This document shows, piece after piece, positions 39,916 through 49,095 of a stretch of DNA of 64,000 nucleotides. The translations under genes and the position numbers were made by a program. Source of the DNA: Gammaproteobacteria bacterium (GTDB taxonomy: Bacteria; Pseudomonadota; Gammaproteobacteria; Eutrophobiales; Eutrophobiaceae); contig CBDCTH010000012.1 in assembly GCA_965222155.1 (NCBI GenBank), forward strand, positions 1,600,001 to 1,664,000, in the 5' to 3' direction. The notes under the pieces are model-generated. The model ran no database searches, was not told the origin of the DNA, and saw nothing but the letters and a program-made list of their open reading frames with translations. The first letter of the stretch is position 1. Every line of letters begins with the position of its first letter.

Positions 39916-41565
39916 TCACCTCGCATCGTCTGCTGCATAAACGCTCCGTCCTTCGAAAACCGTTCTCAACACACGCACCTCACTGATATCCTCTGTGGGA
40001 ATGCCAAACAGGTTGCGGTCCAATACAATGAAATTCGCGTATTTACCCGCTTGCAATGATCCGCTTGACCCTTCCCAGCCCGCGGCGAAAGCGCCATTGA
40101 GGGTCATGGCCCGTAAGGCCACCGGCAAATCAATCGATTCATCTCCCCGGTCCAGCATACCCTCCAGGGCCGGGAACAGGTTCGGTGTCGGTGTAACCAC
40201 CCAGTCAGTACCGACCGTCAAGCGCGCTCCGTGCTCGTGCAACGTCCTGAATTCCCAGGCATCACGCGGTGGATCGCCGAGCAGGCGGCCGTATAAATGC
40301 CACACCGACGGCGACATCTCAGCTATGGTGTTGAGTTCGACAAACCTGGGCATATCCGCCGGCGTCACGAGATTCGTGTGTCCCAGTTCGTGCCTGATTT
40401 TTGAATCCGGGTTGGCTTTTCGAGCCGCCCCGATGGCATCCAGCGCGGCGCGGGCTGCCCCGTCACCAGCGACGTGCAGCTTTACCTTCAAACCCATACG
40501 ATCGAAGCGCACGACCGTATCGTTCAACACTGCAGGTGGAAAAAGCAGGCGTCCGGCCTCGATTTGATCGTTGCCGGCAATCACATCGGACTGTGTGAAG
40601 TATGGCGGCGTGGGCGATCCGTCCACCCAGATTTTGATGAAATCCACGTCAACGTGCTCGGACGCATAGCCTTTGCGCTGCTCAATAAGTTCTTCAAGCC
40701 CGCTATTACTCATTCCCCCGAACTTGGGACTGCCCCAGATCAGGTGGGCCGCGACCCGCAACGTTAATGCGCCTTCAGCTTCCAGGGCGGCGAGCGTCTG
40801 CAACGTGGGCAGGTGTGCGGATGCGTCCTGAACCGACGTAATGCCGTATTGATTGTTGACGGCGACCGCCCAGCGTAACGCGGCCAGGTTTTGCTCTGCC
40901 TGCATTACAGGCAGATAAGGTTCCGCCAGTTCCGTCGCGGTTTCGACCAGTTCTCCCGTGAGGTCGCCTGCTTCATCTCTGGGGATCTCCCCGCCGTAGG
41001 GCGCCACCGTGTTCCTGTCGATACCGGCCATTGCCAACGCTTTGGAGTTCAATAACGCATGGTGGAACGTTCCCTCCCGCAGGTAGACCGGCGTATCGGG
41101 AAAGACTTTATCAAGGTGCGATCTATGGGGTTTATTATCCGGGAACTGGTCAAAGCGAAACAGGCCGGCGACCAGCCATTCATCTTTCGAACGTCCCGCC
41201 GCACATCCCTGGAGTGTCGCCAGTATATCGTCCAGGCTTACATCCGGGGAGAACTGGCAGCCGTAATTCAGTTGCAGACCGGCCCACAACAAGTGTGTAT
41301 GCGCATCATGAATACCCGGCATAACCATGCGTCCCTGCAAGTCGATGACCCGGGTCATGGCGCCGACATATTCTGTTACTGTGTCATCACCACCGACGTA
41401 AATCAGCCGACTGCCCTTTATGGCCAGGGCCTGCGCCCAGGGCTTGCTGTGGTCCACGGTATAAATCCGACCATTGTGGAACACGCTATCGGCTGTTTCC
41501 GCGGAAACCTGGATTAACGATAGTGACCAGACCGCTGCAATTGTGAAATACAATATTCTATTCAT
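39916..41565 (-). CDS. Exported amidohydrolase (Amidohydro_3/YtcJ-like)
   Basis: Signal peptide, PGIHDAHTH, K.WVDG, HVAGD, GTDW and GK.ANFIVLDRN motifs. Confidence 0.92.
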   Translation of the reverse strand: MNRILYFTIAAVWSLSLIQVSAETADSVFHNGRIYTVDHSKPWAQALAIKGSRLIYVGGDDTVTEYVGAMTRVIDLQGRMVMPGIHDAHTHLLWAGLQLNYGCQFSPDVSLDDILATLQGCAAGRSKDEWLVAGLFRFDQFPDNKPHRSHLDKVFPDTPVYLREGTFHHALLNSKALAMAGIDRNTVAPYGGEIPRDEAGDLTGELVETATELAEPYLPVMQAEQNLAALRWAVAVNNQYGITSVQDASAHLPTLQTLAALEAEGALTLRVAAHLIWGSPKFGGMSNSGLEELIEQRKGYASEHVDVDFIKIWVDGSPTPPYFTQSDVIAGNDQIEAGRLLFPPAVLNDTVVRFDRMGLKVKLHVAGDGAARAALDAIGAARKANPDSKIRHELGHTNLVTPADMPRFVELNTIAEMSPSVWHLYGRLLGDPPRDAWEFRTLHEHGARLTVGTDWVVTPTPNLFPALEGMLDRGDESIDLPVALRAMTLNGAFAAGWEGSSGSLQAGKYANFIVLDRNLFGIPTEDISEVRVLRTVFEGRSVYAADDAR

Positions 41566-41847
41566 CGATAGTCTCCCACACTATCCAAACGTGACAATTT
41601 CGGATTTCCTGACTGTTACTCATGGGTTTTTTATAAAATGCTGCGCCTGCAAGCCTGTTCTTTCTGGCCCGCGTCCACTACAGTATAGTACCAGGCTTGC
41701 AAATATCGAGGTTCACTCGTAAATTTAACAGGTGGCAGAAGATCTCCAATGGTCTGAAGCTGTCAGAAATAGTATTGGCCAGGCGAGAGAATAAATAAAA
41801 TACCCCAAAATTCCTATATTCATTGCGTACACCCTGTACGCCACCCT

Positions 41848-42897
41848 TCATACTTCGCCCACGAGTCCACCCAGTACGGCACTCCACGCCTGCGCCAGGT
41901 TAGACCGATTGTAGCCGCCGCCTCCGAACGCCATGATACGTCCCCGGGCGAACTTATCCGCCAGCCTCACCATGTGTTGCGCCGCATGCGCGTGCACGGC
42001 GGAAGAGTATTCGAGTTGCGCCAGCGGATCACCCTTGAGGCCGTCGGCGCCGCACTGAAAGATGAAGAACTCAGGTTGGAATACTGTGAAATGCGCCTCT
42101 ATCAGCGGCCAGGCTTCCATGAACTCGGCATCGCCCGAAAACGGCGCAAGCTCAATGTTGAGTTTGGTGCCTTCAGCACTGCCCTTGCCGGTTTCGTGCG
42201 CCCGACCCGTGCCGGGATAAAGCGTGCGTCCATCCTGGTGGATATCCGCAAAGATGAGATCGGGGTCCTCTTCGAATGCATAGAACACCCCATCGCCGTG
42301 ATGCACGTCGATATCGAGATAGCCGACGCGCCGGATGCCATACACGCGGCGCAGCGTTTCGATCACCACGCCAAGGTCGTTGAACACGCAGAACCCGGCA
42401 GCATGACCGCGTGCCGCGTGATGGAGACCGCCAATCGGTTGCAGGCTGCGCAGGCAATGCCCATCCATTATTTGTGCGAGCCCATCAAGGGCCGCGCCGA
42501 CCACGTGCGCAGAGGTGCGATACACACCGGGAAAGACCGGGGTATCACCATCATCGAGCAGGCGCACACCGTTCTCCTCAGCTGTCAATACCAGATCAAC
42601 GTATTCGTCGCTATGAAAACGAACCAACTCCTCGCGTAAAGCCTCGCGTGAATTGCGCTTGGTTATACGAACGATCAGACCCCGCTTAACTGCTTCACGC
42701 AGGAACGCGCCCTGGCGGTCGATACCCAGTGGATGATCGTCAGGAAAACCGTAAGCGGCCAGTTCGTCGTCGGTATACAGATTCACGTTCGTATTACCCG
42801 CCCGCACGGACAGGAACGCGTGAGGGTGTGTAACAAGCAGCGCGGTCGCTGCCGATACCTGTATGATCGCGCGCCGGGTACAGTTCATCGTATCCAT
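41848..42897 (-). CDS. Histone deacetylase/AcuC-family zinc deacylase with a Tat-like leader
   Basis: GGLHHA, GFCVFND, DIDVHHGDG, YPGTG, GADG..GDPL and GGGGY motifs; N-terminal TRRAII plus hydrophobic stretch. The start is uncertain (42888-42993). Confidence 0.9.
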   Translation of the reverse strand: MDTMNCTRRAIIQVSAATALLVTHPHAFLSVRAGNTNVNLYTDDELAAYGFPDDHPLGIDRQGAFLREAVKRGLIVRITKRNSREALREELVRFHSDEYVDLVLTAEENGVRLLDDGDTPVFPGVYRTSAHVVGAALDGLAQIMDGHCLRSLQPIGGLHHAARGHAAGFCVFNDLGVVIETLRRVYGIRRVGYLDIDVHHGDGVFYAFEEDPDLIFADIHQDGRTLYPGTGRAHETGKGSAEGTKLNIELAPFSGDAEFMEAWPLIEAHFTVFQPEFFIFQCGADGLKGDPLAQLEYSSAVHAHAAQHMVRLADKFARGRIMAFGGGGYNRSNLAQAWSAVLGGLVGEV

Positions 42898-42987
42898 CCA
42901 TTTTAACCATTTTGTGCCACGGTATTTATTCAGTCTGACTTCTAAATGGTATTCTGAAAACCGCCTTACCCTATTTGGAGAAATATT

Positions 42988-43068
42988 ATGCACGCAGTAA
43001 TTATCGGCGGCGGCATGGGCGGATTGTTTTCGGCCCTGGCGCTGCGCGAATCAGGATGTTCTGCTTGA
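42988..43068 (+). pseudogene. N-terminal stub of an FAD-dependent monooxygenase
   Basis: GGAGA RBS followed by MHAVIIGGGMGGLFSALALRESG (GxGxxG), then a stop. Confidence 0.7.
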
Positions 43069-43144
43069 GCGGCAGGATAACGACTCCGATCGCTTCAACT
43101 CAGCGCAAAGTACCCTTCAATCAGCTGTCAGAAATAACAAGGCG

Positions 43145-43519
43145 CTAAGCGTGGAGATGAAATACTTTATTCATGATCTTCCATTCACCATCCACCTTTA
43201 GCAATGTAAATAAATCAGTAAATTTATGCCCGGTCCAGTTATCGGTCTCAAGACGAACGGTTGCAATCGTACCGACTATATCAATGTCAGCTATTCTTGC
43301 TTCAAGTTCGGTTGCCGGACCATTCCCGTCATTCCAGTCAAACAGCCCCTGTATTGGTCCGGCAAACAAGTCAGCCCCAATATACCCAAAGATAGTCGCG
43401 TCTGTGTGAAACGCCGGCTTCATATCATCACCCTTCCCGGATTTTGCTCCATCGATATAGAACTGGACAGTCCTTCCAATCATTTCATTGTCACTTGGAT
43501 TTGTAGTTGTGTTGTTCAT
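43145..43519 (-). CDS. NTF2-like (putative lumazine-binding) protein
   Basis: Y.DG..SG....MKPAFH..A, FTDLFTLLK.DGEWKIMNKVF; CAGGAG RBS before 43519. Confidence 0.88.
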   Translation of the reverse strand: MNNTTTNPSDNEMIGRTVQFYIDGAKSGKGDDMKPAFHTDATIFGYIGADLFAGPIQGLFDWNDGNGPATELEARIADIDIVGTIATVRLETDNWTGHKFTDLFTLLKVDGEWKIMNKVFHLHA

Positions 43520-43547
43520 GAATGTAACTCCTGATTTGGTAATAAAG

Positions 43548-45548
43548 TTAATCAACGCCTGTGGTGGTGGTCTGTCGCGCCATCTGCATCCAGAAGGGTC
43601 CTGACTCTTCCCATTTATTGTGTGTCAGTCGAATATGCAGGCCGTCGCTCAAACGATAGGCGTAGATTTCACCGTACATCTGTGGGCCGAATACGACCTC
43701 CTGCACCAGCGGTTCTTCATCGCTCAGGCCGGCCCGCTCCGAGGTGTAAACAATCCATTTGCCATCCGGTGAGAAATTCGGATGGGCGTCGTGTCCGGGG
43801 TCGTCCGTGATGCGAACAAGCTCCCCGGGTGTGCCATCCGGATTGAGTTTCATTATGTAGTTGTCGAAACTTTTGAAGCCCAGCGGATCAGGTTTACTGT
43901 CGCGGTCGGAAGAGAAGACAACGGCAGCGCCGGATCGCGAGAAAACCGGGAAGTTGTCTTTCGCTGCGTCATCGGTCAGTTGTATCAGGTTTCCACCGTC
44001 GGCATCCATCAGATACAGATCGAAGTTACCCGTTCGGGCGCTTCGGAACACGATTCTTTTTGCGTCGGGGGAGAACGCCGGCATTCCGTTATTGGTATCT
44101 GAACCTGCCGTCAAGTTTACCCGCCCGCTGCCGTCGCTGCGGATTTTCCATACATCCGCTTTTTTAGTCTGGTCGCCGAAAAACCAGCCTTGTGTGTAGG
44201 TGATCCAGTCGGCGTCAGCAGACCATTTCAGCCCAAAGATGCGGTCCAGTGTGCCACTGACGATCCCGATCCCGTTCACCGCGAACAATTCGTTCTGATT
44301 TTCACCGTCATAATCCTCGATGACGAAGCGCGTGCCGGTATTGTTTTCAATAGTGACGGCGAGTTTGCGTTCGTTAGGATGCGCAGCGAGCCCGCTCGTG
44401 TGCCGCATGGTATACATGGTGACGGTTTTATCCAGAAACCCGATCTTGGCCGGATAGTCCGTCGCCAGTATGCCGCCGGGTCCGAGGATGTCCTGAACGG
44501 CAACCTTGTCCGTGGTCAGCGGCCCAACGCCATGGCACACCATTGCGCCGCTGGCGTGGTGATAGTCCGGGTTCCAATACTCGCCGGCTGCATCACTTTC
44601 CAGCCGTGGATCGGTACCGTCCAATCGGGTCGATTGCAGATACCAGCCGATGAACGAGCGCCGGGTCTGATAGGCGATCCGTCCATCATGGGTTAATGCA
44701 GGGGCCAGCGCTTCGACTCCCACGGCAGTGATTGCCCTGGGATGCGAACCGTCGCTGTCCATCGCCCAGATACGGAATCCACCTTCTTGTCCAAGGATGT
44801 GGCTTTTTGGCGGACCGGGGAGTTCGCGTGGCCTGCCCGAGTAGTAGTAAATTGTTTCTCCGTCCAGAGACCATTCCGGCGCTCCGTCCCAGCTGCGGGC
44901 ATCGGTGAGACGCTTCGTGTTCGTTCCGTCAGCATCCATGACATAGACCTCACCTTCCCGCTGCCGCATAAAGCTCAGCGCCGGATGTCCATAGACCTCG
45001 GTGTCACGATCCGTTGAGAAAGCGATACGTTGGCCGTCGGGGGAGAATGCAGGCCGGAAATCACCTCCCGGGTGTCGGGTCAGGTTGACCGCATTGTCCA
45101 TACCTTGAGTTATTTCCGGTTCGAAGGGCATTGTGTAAATGTCTGCGTTGCCGCTCTCGGTACTGACAAACGCGAGCATCTTGCCATTCGGAGAGATGGC
45201 AGCCTGGTCCTCCATGGCATTGTTATCGATCAATAACCTTGGCGCAGGATCGCTTTTGAGATCGATGATGTAAAGATCCGGGTGGCCGCGGCGCTCGGAA
45301 GTGAACACCACCCACCTGCCGTCTGGGGAAAAGGCAGCTTCATAGTCGAGGCCTGGGTGGTCGGTAAGTCGTTTCGGGCTTGTGCCGGGTTGATTAAAAT
45401 AGAATATATCCCAGTTGCCCGGACGTAGCGAGGAGAAAACGATCTGGCCGGGGTCGGTTGCCATATCGGCGGCCGACGCATCGCTGAGCACCCCTATTCC
45501 CAAGCCCATTGATATCAGGACGGCAAAGATCCGGTTTTTGATTTTCAT
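43548..45548 (-). CDS. Exported TolB-like PD40/WD40 beta-propeller protein
   Basis: Repeated P.FSPDG..IVF.S.R units and a signal peptide from MKIKNR; the start could be 45614. Confidence 0.88.
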   Translation of the reverse strand: MKIKNRIFAVLISMGLGIGVLSDASAADMATDPGQIVFSSLRPGNWDIFYFNQPGTSPKRLTDHPGLDYEAAFSPDGRWVVFTSERRGHPDLYIIDLKSDPAPRLLIDNNAMEDQAAISPNGKMLAFVSTESGNADIYTMPFEPEITQGMDNAVNLTRHPGGDFRPAFSPDGQRIAFSTDRDTEVYGHPALSFMRQREGEVYVMDADGTNTKRLTDARSWDGAPEWSLDGETIYYYSGRPRELPGPPKSHILGQEGGFRIWAMDSDGSHPRAITAVGVEALAPALTHDGRIAYQTRRSFIGWYLQSTRLDGTDPRLESDAAGEYWNPDYHHASGAMVCHGVGPLTTDKVAVQDILGPGGILATDYPAKIGFLDKTVTMYTMRHTSGLAAHPNERKLAVTIENNTGTRFVIEDYDGENQNELFAVNGIGIVSGTLDRIFGLKWSADADWITYTQGWFFGDQTKKADVWKIRSDGSGRVNLTAGSDTNNGMPAFSPDAKRIVFRSARTGNFDLYLMDADGGNLIQLTDDAAKDNFPVFSRSGAAVVFSSDRDSKPDPLGFKSFDNYIMKLNPDGTPGELVRITDDPGHDAHPNFSPDGKWIVYTSERAGLSDEEPLVQEVVFGPQMYGEIYAYRLSDGLHIRLTHNKWEESGPFWMQMARQTTTTGVD

Positions 45549-45676
45549 AACTGTCTCGATGGAACCCGCGACGTTACCTGCATGCAATATAACAGGTTGT
45601 ATGTATAATACCATTCATCTCTCCCAAAAGACGCCCCGACTGAGGGGGGCAACTTCATTAACAACAGGAGGACATC

Positions 45677-46078
45677 ATGAAAAAACATTTTTGTTCAGCA
45701 CTGTTCACAGCGTTACTAGTCAGTTTCGCCATGCTACCATTCCCTGCCCTGAGCACGGAAGTAGCTGTGCTGTTTAAACAGGAATTGCCGGATATACCGG
45801 GCAAGACCGGTCTGATGCTGACCGTGGAATATGAACCGGGGGAATCATCCGCCGCGCATCGCCACAATTCCCATACGTTCGTCTATGTGCTGGAAGGCGC
45901 TGTCGTAATGCAGGTGCAAGGGGGTGAAGAAAAAACCCTGACGGCAGGACAAACCTTTTACGAAAACCCGAACGATATCCACAGTGTATCAAAAAACGCC
46001 AGTGCTACGGAACCGGTAAAAATCCTGGTATTCTTTATCAAGGAAAGCGGCGCCCCGGCCAGCATGCCGGTCGAGTAG
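45677..46078 (+). CDS. Exported cupin-domain protein
   Basis: HRH....VYVLEG and GQTFYE.P.DIH motifs; AGGAGG RBS. Confidence 0.9.
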   Translation: MKKHFCSALFTALLVSFAMLPFPALSTEVAVLFKQELPDIPGKTGLMLTVEYEPGESSAAHRHNSHTFVYVLEGAVVMQVQGGEEKTLTAGQTFYENPNDIHSVSKNASATEPVKILVFFIKESGAPASMPVE

Positions 46079-46198
46079 CGGGGGAACCTACAACAAACGG
46101 TCTGTCATCCCAGCTAACGGCACAGGTTGACCACGAAAAATATTTTTCACATAAATGGCCCGCCCCGTTTTGCCAGAACTATTTCGACTTGGCAGGAG

Positions 46199-47422
46199 TC
46201 ATGCTATTAAAGCAAAATGCGCGGGGGGGTTACGCGAGATCATTTGACAAACCATGAATATGAATACCCCTGCCAGCGTAGATGCAATCGCAAACAGTAT
46301 CAGCGAACCATCATAATCGCCCCTGCTTGTCACCAGATATCCGCCCAGGTAGGTCGCCAGGATAGCCCCCGCGTAGCCCAGGGTAAAAACAATACCTATT
46401 GCTTTCCCGGCACTATGCTTCGGCACAATAATTGATGCCATACTCGTAACGGTCACAATCGCTTGTGTTTGCCCCCATGTTAATATGCTGATGACCAGTG
46501 CTGTTTCCCACGGGGATAACTGCACCATGATTAGCACCAGAATCCCGATGCTTGCGACAACTCCGCCTGATAACGTAAGCCAGAGAATTCTCACCATATT
46601 CGTAGCGAAATATCCCGTCACTATAGCTGCCGGTATCATGACTAATCCAAGCATCATGGAAGACAAGCCCACTTCCGATGGAGAAAACTGATATACATCA
46701 GTCAGGTATGGAGGGATCCAGGTAGTCACCCCATAGACTTCGATAAACAGGCTGCCCATTGAAACTGCTATCAGTATCAGCATAGGATTGGATAACAGTT
46801 TCCCGAATGAATAAGGCGCCTCAGAATCCGGCAGGATCGCATTGCCGATTGGTTGTAAAGCCTGTTCCTCTTTTATCAACAGCAGGGAGTATAAAAAAAG
46901 CATGCCGCATGCCAGGGACGTGAAGAGAAAATTAACACGCCAGCCAATCTTGTCTGAAATAATCGGTGTTACCAGTAATGCGATAGTGATCCCAATGCCG
47001 ATAGTTGCATTAATCAGCCCCATACCAAATCCTACTTTTTCGGGAGGTAACGTTTTCGAAACTGCATCCGTCCCGGCAACAAAAATGATTGCGAGCAATA
47101 CCGAACCCAAAAATCTCCATAACAGCAGTAATTTGAAACTCTCGCCTATTGTTCCCAGAATGCCAAAAATACAAATCCCCAGAAGGCTCACTGACATAAT
47201 GGGTACAGCCCCCCATTTATCCGAAATATACCCTGCAGGAGAACTGGCCAGGCATTTCATTACAGCATAAACAGACATAAAAAGGCCGGCTTGCGCGTAG
47301 TTGATGTGAAGATCTGATACCAGCGTCGGTATTACGGGGGGGATTTCAAAAACCTTGATAAAGGAAATCAGTATCGACAGGATAACCAGCCGGATTACCT
47401 TGTTTTTCGAGGCCGATGGCAT
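46199..47422 (-). CDS. MFS transporter
   Basis: About 12 TM segments and motif A G.ISDKWG. Confidence 0.88.
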   Translation of the reverse strand: MPSASKNKVIRLVILSILISFIKVFEIPPVIPTLVSDLHINYAQAGLFMSVYAVMKCLASSPAGYISDKWGAVPIMSVSLLGICIFGILGTIGESFKLLLLWRFLGSVLLAIIFVAGTDAVSKTLPPEKVGFGMGLINATIGIGITIALLVTPIISDKIGWRVNFLFTSLACGMLFLYSLLLIKEEQALQPIGNAILPDSEAPYSFGKLLSNPMLILIAVSMGSLFIEVYGVTTWIPPYLTDVYQFSPSEVGLSSMMLGLVMIPAAIVTGYFATNMVRILWLTLSGGVVASIGILVLIMVQLSPWETALVISILTWGQTQAIVTVTSMASIIVPKHSAGKAIGIVFTLGYAGAILATYLGGYLVTSRGDYDGSLILFAIASTLAGVFIFMVCQMISRNPPAHFALIA

Positions 47423-47492
47423 AGTTTCTACTCAAACAGGATATCGACCCTGCGCGGGTTCATTTTCTCATCCTTCCCTTGCATCTGGTTAA

Positions 47493-48257
47493 TCAGGATT
47501 TATCATGTGAGTCTCGCCCCTTAAAAGGCACAAACTGCGCCCCCCCATAGGTCTGCTCCGTGGGCACTATCTCCATCTGACTCACATTCACCCGCCAGGG
47601 CGCGTTCACGCAGTACAGGATTGCATCCGCGATGTCGGCTGCTACCAAATCTTCGCAGTGAGTTTCGGTGATTTTTCGCAGTTGTTCGTCATCGTCGACC
47701 GCCACATTGTAAAACTCGCTGAGCACCCTCCCCGGATTGATCTCGGTGACACGTATTCCGGTGCCTTGCAGTTCCTGGCGCAGGTCCCGGGAAAGCTTAT
47801 GAATCGCCCCCTTGGTCGAGCCATAAAGTGCGGCAGGCAGTGGATATAGTGCAGTAACCGAACTCATGTTCACGATATGCCCCCGGCCCCGTTCAATCAT
47901 ACCGGGTAAGACCGCCTTGATCATCAGGATAGCGGCGGTGACATTGGTGTCGACAGTCATCTCGATATCCTTGATCTCCGCATTCCAGATCGACCCCAGG
48001 GCGCGGCCTAACCCCGCATTGTTGACCAGGATGTCTACCGGGTATTGCTCGCCAAAGGCCATGACCGCAGTGCGATCGCGCACGTCCAGTTCGATGGCAA
48101 TGCTTCCGATCTCTTGGGCCAGTTGTTCAAGACGCTCCAGGCGCCGTGCAGCCGCGTATACCTTCACGCCCCTGGAGCGCAATGCGCGAGCAGTGGCCTC
48201 GCCGATACCGCTTGAGGCGCCGGTCACCAATGCCGTTGTGTTTTCATCAAGTGCCAT
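47493..48257 (-). CDS. Short-chain dehydrogenase/reductase (YdfG-like)
   Basis: TGASSGIG, NNAG, YGSTK and EINPG motifs; likely start MALDEN. Confidence 0.93.
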   Translation of the reverse strand: MALDENTTALVTGASSGIGEATARALRSRGVKVYAAARRLERLEQLAQEIGSIAIELDVRDRTAVMAFGEQYPVDILVNNAGLGRALGSIWNAEIKDIEMTVDTNVTAAILMIKAVLPGMIERGRGHIVNMSSVTALYPLPAALYGSTKGAIHKLSRDLRQELQGTGIRVTEINPGRVLSEFYNVAVDDDEQLRKITETHCEDLVAADIADAILYCVNAPWRVNVSQMEIVPTEQTYGGAQFVPFKGRDSHDKS

Positions 48258-48364
48258 CGTATGCCCTATTTTAATATTGCCTGTTATGTGTCTCATAAAG
48301 CAAGGAGCATGTAAATAATACAAATATTTCTAAGCTTAGAACTATTAGTTATAATGCTTCACAT

Positions 48365-49080
48365 GTGAATCAATCCTACCAAACTCAGTCGACATTCCCT
48401 GGAAACCCGGATCAAGTCAAGACTTCAACCTGTTATATGTGTGCTTGCCGATGCGGCATCCGGGTTTATCTAAAGGGTGGAACGGTCCGTTATATAGAAG
48501 GCAATCCCGACCACCCGGTAAACAAAGGGGCGCTGTGCGCAAAAGGCGCGGCCGGCATTATGCAACACTACTCCCCTGCTCGATTAACCAACCCTCTGTT
48601 GAGAGTGGGTGAACGCGGTACTGGTGAATTCAAGGAAATCAGCTGGGATGAGGCCTTGACTATTGCCACTGGCTGATTGTCAAACATCCGCTCAACTGAT
48701 CCCAGGCAACTGGCGTTTTTTACCGGCCGTGATCAAAGTCAATCCCTGAACGGATTGCTGCAGAACTGGCCGAGGCTGCATTTGAACAACAGATAGAACT
48801 GGACATCCCCTGGACAGACTGGACTGGTCGCAAGCACAACAAAATGATCGGCAGACCGGTTTCCATGCATGCAATGCGTGGTATTTCTACCCACTCAAAC
48901 GGCTTTCATACCTGCCATGCACTGCACAATCTGCAGATTTTGCCGGGTTCGATAGATGTGCCCGGTGGTTTTCGTTATAAAGCGCCCTTTCCCAAACACA
49001 TTCCAGCGCCCGATATACCGGCTAATGATCCGGACAAACCGAATACGCCGTTAGGCGGGATGCCCCTTGGTTTTCCAACC
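48365..49080 (+). pseudogene. soeA: SoeA-like (sulfite:quinone dehydrogenase) molybdopterin subunit remnant
   Basis: TCYMCACRCGI, GNPDHPVNKG.LCAKG, FFTGRDQSQS, GRPVSMHAMRGIS.HSNGFHTC and PGGFRYK.PFP motifs. TGA at a usual Trp (48674), a large internal deletion near 48750, and no 3' half. Confidence 0.85.
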
Positions 49081-49095
49081 ACACTGACAACAGTC

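Noticed and set aside
48674-48676. TGA recoding (Sec or Trp) in soeA
   Set aside because: The position corresponds to a usual Trp, many intact genes here end in TGA, and the gene has other lesions.
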